A stretch of 64,000 nt of DNA from NCBI RefSeq assembly GCF_039654945.1, contig NW_027361688.1, forward strand, positions 54,870,001 through 54,934,000, read 5' to 3'. The position numbers and the translations under genes are program-made. Under the pieces are notes generated by a model, which was given only the letters and a program-made list of their open reading frames with translations, was not told the DNA's origin and did not search any database. The DNA is from Dendrobates tinctorius. Taxonomy: Eukaryota. Numbering within the stretch: position 1 is the stretch's first letter; each line of letters starts with the position of its first letter. Shown here in pieces: positions 39,136 through 51,516 of the stretch.

Positions 39136-41556
39136 CCCTGTAGGGTTACTCGCAGGCAAATTGTTTTGTAGGCTTTCATTCCCGAGTTCAGAATCTTCAG
39201 CATCAATGAGATTAGCCACAGGGACACAGGGATTTGGTTTCATGTAAGTAAAGTCATTTTCACTGGATTCCAGAGCCACACAGACATTATATGAATAAGG
39301 CAAAGTCATTGATCCATTTGTGTACTGAGAAATCAAACTGGGATCAACATAAGGATATAGGTTTGAACTTAGACCATCCAATACTGGGGGTGGTGAAGGC
39401 TTCTTGCATTTTGATATAACGACCAACATAAAAGTTATTATGAACAAAAGCGAAATGAGTGCAAGAGAAATGACTAAGTATAACTGCAAATTGGACTGAG
39501 GGTCTTCATTACTGATTTTATCATTGAATCTGGGAACCACTTGCTCAAAATTGTTGGCAACAATGAGATTTAAGGTAACTGTGGATGAGAGCGAGGGGTG
39601 TCCATTGTCCTTCACCATCACTATGATCTTATGATTCAATACATCCCTTTCTTGAAAGATATGTGATGTCCTTATTTCTCCAGTATGCTGACTGATGGCA
39701 AAATAAGAATGTTCTGATTCTTGTAAAAAGTGATAAGAGAGCCAAGAATTATGTCCAGAGTCTATGTCTATGGCCACCACCTTGGTAATTAAAGAACCTT
39801 GTTCACAGTCAAAAGGGACCATTTCAAATGCAGCCGTACCTCCACTATCTATCGAGGGATATAAGATTTTTGGTGAATTATCATTTTGGTCTACTATGTG
39901 GATAATTAATGTAGCATTGCTGCTCAAAGATGGCGATCCATTGTCTTTAGCAGTGATATGTATCAGAAACTCTGATCGCTTCTCATAATCAAATGATCTT
40001 TGAGCATAGAGAACTCCAGTCTCTATATTTATAGAAAGGTAAGAAGAAGATGTCTGGTCTTCTGTCACATTGCTGGAAATTGAGTAAATTATTTTGGCAT
40101 TGTCTCCAGTATCAGGATCTGATGCTTGTATACTGAATACTGATGCTCCTGGTAAATTATTTTCTTGCACGTAGGTATAAAAGATGGATTTAGAAAACAA
40201 TGGTAGATTATCATTGACATCTGATATCTCCAGGATTATGGATATTTTACTAGACAGTGGTGGAAATCCTCTATCAGTTGCCAGAATAGTGATATTATAC
40301 CTAGATACTTTTTCTCTGTCCATGGGGGCAGCAGTGACAACTTTGTAATAAGTATTAGAGGATGATATCAAACTAAAAGGTGTTTCTTCCAACAATTTGC
40401 AGTCCGTTTCTCCATTTTCTTCCGAATCACGATCATGGACTTTAATAAGAGCTATCATTGCACCAGGTGAAGTATCCTCAGCTACGGGACTCAATAATGA
40501 ATTAACTGATATCTCAGGAGCATTGTCATTCTCATCTATAGCTTCTATCAGTACTTTACAATGGGCCATGAGGCCTCCGCCATCCTTTGCTTGGACAGAT
40601 ATTTCATAATTTTTTGCTAATTCATAATCTAATTTATCATTTACTTTTATTTCCCCAGACACAGGGTGGATACTGAATGTTCCAGAACGATGAACATTTC
40701 CTGATGTTTTACTAAAGGAATATGTGATCTGTCCATTGGCCCCTTCATCCTTGTCTGTGGCATTCACTGTGATTACTATGGTATTTATTGGTGTATTCTC
40801 ATATACACTGACTTTATATACTGACTGGGTAAATATTGGGAAGTTATCATTAGCATCAGTAACAATGACCCTTATTAAGGCAGTTCCAGATCTCACAGGT
40901 TTGCCTCCATCCATTGCTGTTAATATAAGCTCATGGAGACTATGCGTCTCCCTATCTAATGGCTTCTCTAGAACAAGCTCTAGAAATGTACTACCATCTG
41001 GGTTTCTGTCTTCACTCAGTGTAAAATACTGATTATCACTGAGCTTATATGTCTGCACAGAGTTAGAACCAATATCTGGATCTTCTGCCGTCTGTAAAGC
41101 AAACCTGGTCCCTGCTGATGTTAATTCAATTGTCTCTACAGAAAGCATGTCAGGGAAGAATGCAGGAGAATTATCATTTATATCCTGGATCTCTATTTTT
41201 ATTTGAAAAATATTGAATGGATTTTCAACCACCGCATCAAAGGTCAAGAAACATGAATCCTCTGTCCTACACAATGATTCTCTATCTATCCTGTCCTTCA
41301 CATGCAGATTTCCATTATCCAAATTTACATAAAAATATTTTTCTGAAACATGTGACAAAATCCTCAACTTTCTAGATGAGAGCTGCTTCATGTCTAATCC
41401 AAGGTCATCTGCAATATTTGCTATAACAGAGTCTTTCCTCATTTCTTCTACAATGGAATAATGAATCTGACCGGAGACTGAATGACACAGCCAAGAAAAT
41501 AAGATAGAAATTGTTACTTGCCATCTGACTGCTTTCCAGATCTGTGGAGGTTCCAT
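39136..41556 (-). CDS. pcdhg: Protocadherin-gamma variable exon 5
   Basis: ORF 39118..41634; first ATG at 41556 (MEPPQIWKAVRWQV). Donor GGG|GTAAGT at 39136/39135. Confidence 0.95.
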
Positions 41557-41779
41557 GTCTTTCCTTTCTGTCTTAAATCTGATATTTAGATAGCAAAATG
41601 TATAATCCACTGAAGAAGAAAATGTATAAATCAATCCCCTGTTTTCTTAAAATAACATTCAATATCCAGTATTTTTCATAGAGAAAATCCAGAATCTGTC
41701 TGTGTCTTTGCTTGCAGTTGTGTATTGTGTGTGAATGATGAAACTACCAGTGGATCTATAGTTCTGTTTTCTGCTCCTT

Positions 41780-41824
41780 TTTGGTCAAACAGCGGCGCTC
41801 AGAGGCGTAAGTAAGGAACTGCAG
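41780..41824 (-). promoter_or_regulatory. Pcdh promoter CSE, exon 5
   Basis: + strand tttggtcaaacagcggcgctcagaggcgtaagtaaggaactgcag. Confidence 0.9.
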
Positions 41825-43225
41825 TACTGCATTATAGTTGGTATATTTTAAGCCCAAAATATCTGTTATTTACTTTATGTTTAAAAGTGAATGCATCTCT
41901 TCATGATTTTATATAATATATATTATAATGTGTACATAGTTTTTATGAAAATTGATATACAACATAACATTGATAAGAAATATTATTAAAATAATGTGCA
42001 TCTGAATGGTCATATACAGTATAAAATAACATATATATATTACACTGTACATGATATTTCACATACACTTTATTGTAATATTTCTTAATGTTATGTTTTG
42101 TATTCATTTTCATTAAAAATATGTGCATACTATGATATATAAATTTTTAAATATGTAAAATCATGGATAAATGCATTCATTTTTAAACATACAAAAATAT
42201 ATGTATTGTCTCCCCTACTTTTATATTTTATTTTTTAAATTATGGTTATATAATTTTATTAGTTTAAAAGTCCAAATTATACTTCAACTTATATGTTTCT
42301 GAGTTTCATAATCTTCCCTATTTCTTGCTTTAACAAGTAACTAATATATGATTCAATTTGCAATTTTTGTAAATCTTTCATCTCCTAATTATGAACATAC
42401 ATGTTAGTGTAAAACTGAAAAGGTATAATATTAAGCTGACAGCATTGACATATTTTACAGTTTTCGATACTTATAAAGGTTTCTAAAAACTTTATATAAG
42501 TTAACCTTCTTAGAATGTTAACATAATGAGATAATGAGATAAATGAAAAGAGATTCCTTGTCTGTTCTTTCTTTATGATTCATTTTAATGTACTTTCTTA
42601 GTACAAACTAAAATAATATAACTTAGAATATGTTGTTGATGATGATTATTACAATAACTGTTAAATGACAATACAAACAATATTAAAACATCTGGACAAA
42701 CTCTAGAACTGCTCCTTTCAAATTGCCTTTTCATTAGTGATTATAATACATTTTTTGTATTTGATTTCTGAAGACGCAAAAGCAACTTCGTAGATAAAAA
42801 CGTATATCAACTAAATAAGTGGCCCCAAATAATCTTAAACATTGTCTATACAACTTAAATAAATTTCATATTTTAAAATCATATAAGTATATTTTGTTTT
42901 AATTGTATTTTTTATTGGATTTTTAAATTTACATGATTTACACAAGTTTAGTTTGAAAATGGCATAGAAAAAGCGGCATTCACTTGGGTATAATTGGTTG
43001 GTGAGGGTTCGACCGCTGACAGAATGGAGAATTTCTATACTTGATGGTTCACTTTTATCTGCCTTAGAAATTGCAGCAGAAGGTCAGATATCCCGCCAGC
43101 GATCGTTTCATTTTATATGGGGCTGCACATTTTTCTAAATCTAAATATGGTAGTAACGTCTTCTCTTTTTTTCAGTAATTTATTTTATATATTTTAATAT
43201 TTAATTTGCAAAATTCACTGTTTAA

Positions 43226-43534
43226 TAATGATGACCGAATGTGCTTGGATGACGTCTTATCCGAGCATGCTTGGGTGTTATCCAAGTATCTTGGGCGTGC
43301 TCGTATATTATGCTCAAGTCCCCGCAGCTGCATGATTTGCGGCTGTTAGACAGTCTGAACACAAGAGGGGATTGCCTGTTTGGTAGGGAATCTCCACGTG
43401 TTGAGGCTCTCTAACAGCCGCAAATCATGCAGCCACAGGGACTCGACCATGATATACAAGCACACCTGAGATACTCGGACAACACCCGAACATGCACGGA
43501 TAAGACATTATCCAAGCATGGATGCTCAACACTA
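43226..43534. mobile_element. hAT MITE related to 37679-37989
   Basis: Shared cagctgcatgatttg.ggctgttagaca core; TSD CTGTTTAA/CTGTTCAA. Confidence 0.75.
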
Positions 43535-44506
43535 CTGTTCAATTTACAAAGCACATACTAGAGATCTGTTTACAAAGGCACATAATAAAATTCCATATAA
43601 TATTTTAAAATATTTCTTTAAAATGATGTGGAAACATTCACTTTAAAAGTAAAATGCCCATGTCTTCAGTATGACACAGAAGGCTTTCACATCCTCAGTT
43701 CACAGCTCTTTTCTCAGTCTAACTCTGCCCTAAAATAATTGATTGATATATTGCAGCATAGCTAGCTGTCCATCCCCTAATAGAGGGAGGACTTTGGCTG
43801 ATAATGAAGAGAGGAAGTGAAATTGCACCATCCTGTCCAGTGCACTTCCACCTTCATTTGAATATCACTTCTAAAGTGGATTACTCTGCAACAGTGCTGA
43901 GTTTTGGTTAATAAAGGTATGGATTTACTTGTGTTCTTATTTTGTAAACTTGCATTGAATTAGACTATGGGGAGGAGAGGGAGGAGGATTAGGAAGAAAT
44001 TACAGAAAGTTAAAAAGTGAAACGTATGATATGCCTTTCCACGATGTTCTACTGTTACTAACCTACTTTGTCTGGAAAAAAGTGTCATAGTTTCCTCTTC
44101 TTTAGGAACCTCCATCAAGCATTAAATGGTCATTTGGCCACTTCCCCAAGTTTTCATAGGTTAGTACACCTGAACATCCCTGCCCTATCACTAACCATTG
44201 GAAAGCTGACTCTAAGGGTTTGAACCCAAATTGCAGATGGCCAGATGACCAAAGTTCTGCCACAAGCAGCTGGTTGGTGATGGCACAACTGAGAAAGAAA
44301 ATTGTTCTGCAATTGGCTATCACAGTGGGCAGAATTTTATCCACATGAGACCACATATAGTATCACAAAAAAAGCCTAGAGTTTGAGACCAGAAGTCTAG
44401 ATTTACTGTTAACTTTCTAAAAGTAAGCAGACCATAGGCAATAAAGAGATTGAAAGCACCAAGTGCATTATTTTCTAAATTTCTTTTTTTACTGCATATT
44501 CTTTAA

Positions 44507-46624
44507 CCCCTTTCCGACATCGGGAGTAATAATATGTCGATGTCGGACTCCCTCCCTTTGATGTGGGCTCCAGCGGTGAACTCACATCGTTCTTGGGACA
44601 TGTCAGCTGTTTTGAACACCTGACAGGTGCCCGCAATAGCCGCAGGTGGAATCACGATCCACCGGCAGCTATTAACTAGTTAAATACTGCTGTCAAACGC
44701 TGACAGCGGCATTTAAATGGGGCTTCTGGCAATCGCACCAGAAATACGCACACCATTGGCCAGCATCACATGATCGCGGGTCACTGGTGTGTCGGCATGG
44801 TAATCTGAGTTCTCCTGGAGACCTCTATGGCTGTTAGTGCCAGATTGCTGTGAGTGCCACCCAGTGGTCGACGCTCGTAGCAAGTCAGCAATTCTACTAC
44901 ATAGAGACAATGGTCAGATTTGGCTATGGCAGCTTCTTGTCTCCTATGGAGACTATTGAAGCATGCTAAAAGTTATAGAAAAATATTTTTAAAAATTAAA
45001 AAAATAAAAATATAAAAGTTCAAATCAACCCCCGTTCACCCCATTCAAAATTAAACAATAAAAATAAAATCAAATATACACATATTTGGTATCACCGCAT
45101 TCAGAATTGCCCGATCTATCAATCAAAAAAGTAACCCAATTGCTGAATGTTGTAGTGAGAAAAAAATTCAAAATGCCAGAATTACATTTTTTTGGTCACC
45201 GTGACATTGCATTAAAACGTAATAACGGGCAATCGAAAGATCATGTCTGCACCAAAATAGTATCATTCAAAACACCAGCCTGGCACACAAAAAAATGCCC
45301 TCACCAAACCCGAGATCATGAAGAATGGAGATTGTTATGAATGAGTCACCGAGGAGGAATAAACAAAAAGCAAGCTAAGCCCTGAAAACCGGAGAGGTTG
45401 GTAACTAGCGGATTGCAGACCCCTGATCCTATCCACAACAACTAGCAGTAGCCGTGGAGCGTGCCTACTGTGGTCCTAGACGCCTCGTCATGGCCGGAGA
45501 ACTAAATAAGCCTAAAGAAAGGGAAAATCTAAACTGCCCTAGAGCAGACCCCAAAGCAATAGACAGCCCCCAACATGTATTGTCTGTGAAACAAGATGAA
45601 AACACAGACACAGAAAGATAGGCTGAGCAAACGATGGGGCACTCACTAACTAGAAAGGACAGGAAAGAAAAGCTGCTGTCTGCAATCATGTAAAAAACCC
45701 TGCCAAAAAAAATGTCCAACACATCTGATTGAAAAAGGCCCTGAAGTCGCTAGACTTCAAATCACTATATCAGCTCCCAGGTATATTCTGAAGACAGAGC
45801 AAAAGAGATCAACTGATCAGAGACAAAATGGGGATTCAGCCCAGTCCCAGCCAGGGCTGGCTGAACACAAAAACTAAGTAAACCAGACAAAACTCATATG
45901 AACAATAGCAGAGAAAACTTAGCTTTAGGAAGGCAGGAACCAAACTGGAAACCAGAAGCCACAGTCAGGAAAAATCACCAGCAAGAAACTAGGGAGTCGG
46001 CTGACTTAAATACAATCAGAAACTCCTGATGACCAATCGCAGTCCTCTTCCTCAGGTGGCCGGTCTCTGCCATTTAGATCAGCTTCATTACCTCCCTTCA
46101 CCAACAGAGGGAGTCCAGATAGAGAACTCACTACTCCTCTGTCAGCACAGCCAGCTCCATAATCCTCACCAGAAGCCAGAGGCAAAACCGAAAATGAGCT
46201 CACAACAGGAGATGCTACGGGTATCGGAAATTGATGCAATTTTTTTTAGCAAACTTTGGAATTTTTTTTCACCACTTAGATAAAAAAGAACCTAGACATG
46301 TTTGGTGTCTGTGAACTCGCAATGACCTGGAGAATCATAATGGCAGGTCAGTTTTAGCATTTAGTGAAACGAGCAAAAAAGCCAAACAAAAAGTAAGTGT
46401 GGGATTGGACTTTTTTTTGCAATTTCACCGCACTTGGAATTTTTTTTACCATTTTCTAGTACATGACATGGTAAAACCAATGGTGTCACTCTAACGTACA
46501 ACTTGTCCCACAAAAAATAAGCCCTCACATGCTCATATTGATGGGAAAAAATTATGGCTCTGGGAAGGAAGGGAGCAGAAAACAAAAATGCAAAAAAACA
46601 AAAAAAGCTCCTGGGGTTAAGGAG
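44507..46624. mobile_element. Non-autonomous piggyBac-like element interrupted by a solo LTR
   Basis: TTAA|CCCCTT at the left end and AAGGAG|TTAA at the right end. Confidence 0.65.
45333..46207. mobile_element. Solo LTR (875 bp)
   Basis: Termini TGTTATGA...TCACAACA; direct repeat GGAGAT at 45327-45332 and 46208-46213. Confidence 0.75.
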
Positions 46625-48278
46625 TTAAAGAAGACCTATAACCACATGAAATTTATCCAGTATTTACTTTTATTTTTTCTCCCCTAAGTATGACATTTTT
46701 TGCTTTTCTTAAGGGGTATTCCCATCTCCAAGATCTTAATCCCAATATGTAGTAGGTGTATTAATAATATTAGCAAATATCTTCAATTAGAAATGTAATA
46801 TAGTTTTTCTTATTTGTTATGTCTCTTTATTCATTGACAGGCATTGCAAGACCATAGGTATCCATCATTTTGAGTTTTATGACCATTAGCAACTAACTAA
46901 CAAACTGTCACTTTATTAGTGGAAGTAACCGTGGATAGCTAAGGTCCTGCAATGCCTGCACATGAGGAAAGAGATATAGCGAATAAAAAAACTATACTGC
47001 CAGTTTATCCAGAACCATAAGGTGGATTTTAAAAAACAGAAACCAGAAAACTCAGGGGAACCATGGAAATAATATGAGAGCAAAATCTAGACGTTTAATC
47101 TTGTGACAGGTCTTTTCAAATGTGTAATACAGTATGTAATACACATTTACATTTGAGAGATATCTAAGTAAATATATTTCTATATATTTTTAAATATGCT
47201 ATTGATATGAAATCTCACCAGATGTCAGCAACCCATTCAATTCACACAGGAAAAGAAATCAACCCAAAGATATCCATAAATTAAGCTATATGTTATAATG
47301 AGAAATGACACAGGGAAAAAGTATTAAACATATGAAGAAAAAGATGTAAAAAGCCATGGAAAGTCATAAAACATGATGAAATCTATCAATAATAAGAAAG
47401 TAATTCTGTCACATACTAAAAAAATATAAGGTGGTTCAACTGATGGCCCATAAAGCTTCCTTATTACCAAGGTGCCACAAAAAAATCATCTCATGATGGG
47501 TAAAGCCAGTGAGCTGTCTCATGACCTTCACAACCTTATTGTTGCTAGTAAAACATACTAATAGCATTGGTTACAGAAGAATTTTTAAACTACTAAAGGT
47601 TCCAGTGAGCACTGTTGGGGCTATAATCTGAGAGTGAAAAGAACATAATTTCACCATAAACCGCCATAACCAGGTGCTCCTTGCAAGATTTCAGACAGAG
47701 GAGTAAAAACAATTTTCAGAAGAGTGGTCCAAGGGCCAAGGACCACTTAAAGAAAGCTAAAGAAACATCTGGAATCAGTAAGTACAATAGTTGTGGGGGC
47801 TTCCTTTTTATCCCCATTGGCACCCTGAAATCATGACTGTGTGGTCCTGTTTGCCATGGCAATTCAAGAACAAATAGCGGCCTTAGAGTCTGATGGCTGT
47901 TGTAACCTGTTCAGAAGTTAGCAGCATTTCGGTGGTAAAAATACACATTTTCATTTCTGTCATGCCACTTTGCATTAATTCCTGAAAATCACCTGAAGGG
48001 TTAATAAACTACGTGACTGCATTTTTCGATATGTCAGGGGGTGCTGTTTTTAAAGTGGCATAACTTTTGGGGGTTTTCCAATATATAGGACCCCAAAGGC
48101 CCTTCAAACCTGGATAGGTCCCTAAAAACATAAATTTTGTAAATTTCCTTGATAAAATGACGAGAGCCAACAGCTCGAAACACCGTGTCTGCAAATTGAG
48201 ATTCTGATTTGGCTTGTATCCTAAGTCATACTACAAGACTCGTTAAAGGGTTGATTGTGACTTGTAGGATCGCTTCTA

Positions 48279-48294
48279 CCAATAGGTGGCGCTG
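48279..48294 (+). promoter_or_regulatory. Candidate CTCF motif inside the retrozyme monomer (second copy at 48610-48625)
   Basis: CCAATAGGTGGCGCTG is close to the CTCF core consensus CCASYAGRKGGCRC. Confidence 0.6.
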
Positions 48295-48462
48295 TAGAGT
48301 AAAAGTCCTCTTTCTTTCTGAAGAGGCAATTTGCATATTATTTTCCCAGAGGAGCATTGCACGGCGAATAAGTCTCCTTACCTTGACAAGCCACAGCTGG
48401 CATGTCACTCTCCGCAAGGAGAAACCTTACTTCTTAGACCCTAGTCCAGAGCCTCTCACCTT

Positions 48463-48544
48463 GCCAAATCAGATCTCATACTTTGCACTGACGAGAGCCA
48501 ACAGCTCGAAACACCGTGTCTGCAAATTGAGATTCTGATTTGGC
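48463..48544 (+). ncRNA. Type I hammerhead ribozyme (predicted cleavage after GUC at 48520)
   Basis: TTTGCA-CTGACGA-GAGC(CAACA)GCTC-GAA-ACA(CCG)TGT-C-TGCAAA. Stem I extends via TCTCA/TGAGA and GCCAAATCAGA/TCTGATTTGGC. Confidence 0.9.
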
Positions 48545-49469
48545 TTGTATCCTAAGTCATACTACAAGACTCGTTAAAGGGTTGATTGTGACTTGTAGGA
48601 TCGCTTCTACCAATAGGTGGCGCTGTAGAGTAAAAGTCCTCTTTCTTTCTGAAGAGGCAATTTGCACTTGATAAAATGAAAAATTACTGCTACATTTTTA
48701 ATCCTCCTAAAATGATAACAAAATAAAAGAACATTTTACAAATCGTGCTGATGTAAAGCAGGCATGTGGAAAATGTTATTTATGAATGCTTTTCTGTGGT
48801 ATGACTGTCTGGATTAAAGGGATAATCATTTAAAGTTTGAAAATAGCTAATTTTTTAACATTTCTCTCAAATTTCTGATATTTTTTATAAATAAAAACAA
48901 AACATATTGACCTAAATTTACCATTATAATAAAGTACAATGTGTCACGAAAAAACATTCTCAAAATCACTGGGATTTGTTGAAGCGTTCCAGAGTTATTA
49001 CCGTATAAATTGACACTGGTCAGATTTAAAAAATGTGGCTCTGTCACTAAGGGGTTAAAAGAAAACTATGAGTAATGCACTCAACTTCCATGACCTGTAT
49101 GCACGTTCACCACACAAGACTCCATTGCTGAACAAAAAGCATGTTCATGCACATTTAAAATTTGTTCAACAACATTTAGACAAGCATATGGGAGAATACT
49201 GGAAAAATACAATACTGTTTTTTCAGATGAGACCAAAATTGAACCATTTGGATGCCATAATACACACCAAGTTTGGAATACAAAAGACACTGCATATCAC
49301 CATGCAACACCATATCAACAGTTAAGTTTGGAGGTAGGAACGTCATGGTTTTGGCCTTTTTTCAGTAAACGACATTGGCAAACTTTATATTATTGAAGGA
49401 ATGGCCAAATGTACCAACATATTCTTGAAAAATGTCTGATGCCATCTACCAGGATGATGTAGATGAAAT

Positions 49470-51516
49470 TATTATTATTATTAATTATTATTGCGCCATT
49501 TGTTCCATGGTGCTTTACATGTGATGGGGTATACATAATAAATGCAAGTGCAGTAATCTTAAACAATACAAGTCATGACTGATACAGGAGGAGAGAAGAT
49601 CCTGCCTGTGAGGGCTCACAATCTACAAGGGATGGGGGGAGGATACAGCAGGCAAGGGGTAGAGCTGGTCGTGCAGCGGTTTTGTGGATTGGTGGTTACT
49701 GCAAGTTGTAGGCTTATCGGAAGAGGTAGGTCTTCAGATTCTTTTTGAAGGTTTCCATGGTAGGTGAGAGTCTGATATGTTGTGGTAGAGAGTTCCAGAA
49801 TAGAGGGGATGCACGGGAGAAATCTTGTATGCGTTTGTGGGAAGAGGATATAAGAGGGGATATAAAAGGAGATCTTGTGAGGATCGGAGGTTTCATGCAG
49901 GTAAGTACCGGGAGACAAGATCACAGATGTATGAGGGACTCAGGTTGTGGATGGCTTTGTATGTCATGGTAGGGTTTTGAACTGGAGTCTTTGGGTAATG
50001 GGGAGCCAGTGCAGGAATTGACAGAGGGGAAAGGCCAGGGAATAGTGGGGGGAAAGGTGGATTAGTCAGACAGCATAGTTTAGAATAGATTGGATGGGTG
50101 CAAGAGTGTTAGAGGGGAGGCCACAGAGCAGGAGGTTTGTAGTAGTCAAGGTAGGAGATGATGAGGGCATGGACTAGTGTTTTCGCAGATTCTTGGTTGA
50201 GGAATGTATGGATCCGTAAAATATTTTTGAGTTGAAGTTGGCAGGAAGTGGAAACGGCTTGGATATGTGGTTTGAAAGAGACATCAGTGTCAAGGATAAC
50301 CCTGAGGCAGCGAGCTTGTGGAACTGGAGAGATCTGTGTGTCATAAGCATAGAGGTGATACTGAAACCTGTGAGATTCTATGAGCTGTCCAAGGCCAAAG
50401 GTGTAAATGGAGAAGAGCAGGGGCCCTAGGACTGAACCTTACGCGACTCTGACAGATAGGGGAGTGGTGAGGAGGTGGTGTGCAAGTGGCAGACACTGAA
50501 TGTCGTGTCTGTTAGGTATGATGTGATCCAAGATATGGCCAAGTCTGTGATACCAAAAGATGATAGGGTCTGTAGTAATAGGGAATGGTCCACTGTGTCA
50601 AAGGCAGAGGACAGGTCCAGGAGGAGAAGGACAGAGTAATGTCGCTTGGCCTTCGTGGTTAATAGGTCATTGTTGACCTTAGCTAGGGTAGTTTCAGTGA
50701 AATGGTGTGGCCGGAAGCCAGATTGTAAGTGGTCAAAGAGGGAGCAAGAAGAGAAGTTGGAGGACTGTTCAAGATGGACGTGTTATTTCAGTAGTTTTGA
50801 GGCATAGGGGAGAAGTGATATAGGGTGATAGCTTGATACAGAGGATGGGTTAAGAGAGGGCTTTTTGAGGATAGGTGTGATTGAGGCATGTTTAAAGCTT
50901 GAGGGGAAAACACCAGTTGTTAGTGATAGGTTGAAGAGAATGGTTAGGGTTGGGATGAAGACTATGGTGAGGTTTGGGATTAAGTGGAATGGGATCTGGT
51001 TAAGTGCACAGGAGGTGAGATGTGATCTTTAGAGTGGAGAGTCGATCTTCTTGTAATGGTGGAGAAGTTGGTTTTGGGGGAGGAGGGCTGGGGAGTTAGG
51101 AGGAAGGGCTCTGGGGGTTGTCAACCAAAACTATCTCTGATGTTATCAATCTTCTGCTTGAAAAATGAGGCAAAGTCTTCAGCTGAGATGTGTGGGGAGG
51201 GAGGAGGTGCTGGGGGACAGAGGATAAAATTGAAGTTGTTGAATAGCTGTTTAGGGTTGTGAGACAGGGAGGATATGAGAGATGAAAAGTAGGTTTGTTT
51301 TGCTGCAGCGAGTGTGGCCTTGAAAGTAGTGAGGGACTGTTTAAATGCGATGAAGTCCTCATTGGAGTGGGATCTTTTCCATCTTTGCTCAGCATGGCTG
51401 GAAGCTCACCTCAGTTCTTTGGTCAGGCTGGCGTGCCAGGGCTGTCTGTTGATTTTGCGAGCTTTGGTATGTGTGAGAGGGGCAACTGATTCCAAAGCTA
51501 CAGCTATTGTGGTGTT
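49470..51516 (-). mobile_element. Decayed, 5'-truncated L2 LINE inserted into a Tc1 element
   Basis: Minus-strand fragments LLLDLSSAFDTVDH and IQDFSRASPLFWNSLP...KKNLKTYLF. Tail reads (TTA)n on + at 49470. Flanked by ATGAAAT at 49463-49469 and 51517-51523. Confidence 0.85.

Larger units (their letters stand above)
48161..48666 (+). mobile_element. Retrozyme / satellite-2-like element: about 1.5 tandem copies of a 331-bp hammerhead-containing monomer
   Basis: 48158-48335 is identical by eye to 48489-48666 (period 331). Flanked by the direct repeat CTTGATAAAATGA at 48148-48160 and 48667-48679. No convincing coding capacity. Confidence 0.85.
47793..49054. mobile_element. 3' part of a piggyBac-like element (host of the retrozyme)
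   Basis: Ends AAGGGG|TTAA and shares blocks with 19180-19739 (cctgaagggttaataa; gaagcgttcc.gagttattacc; gacactggtcaga). Confidence 0.7.
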
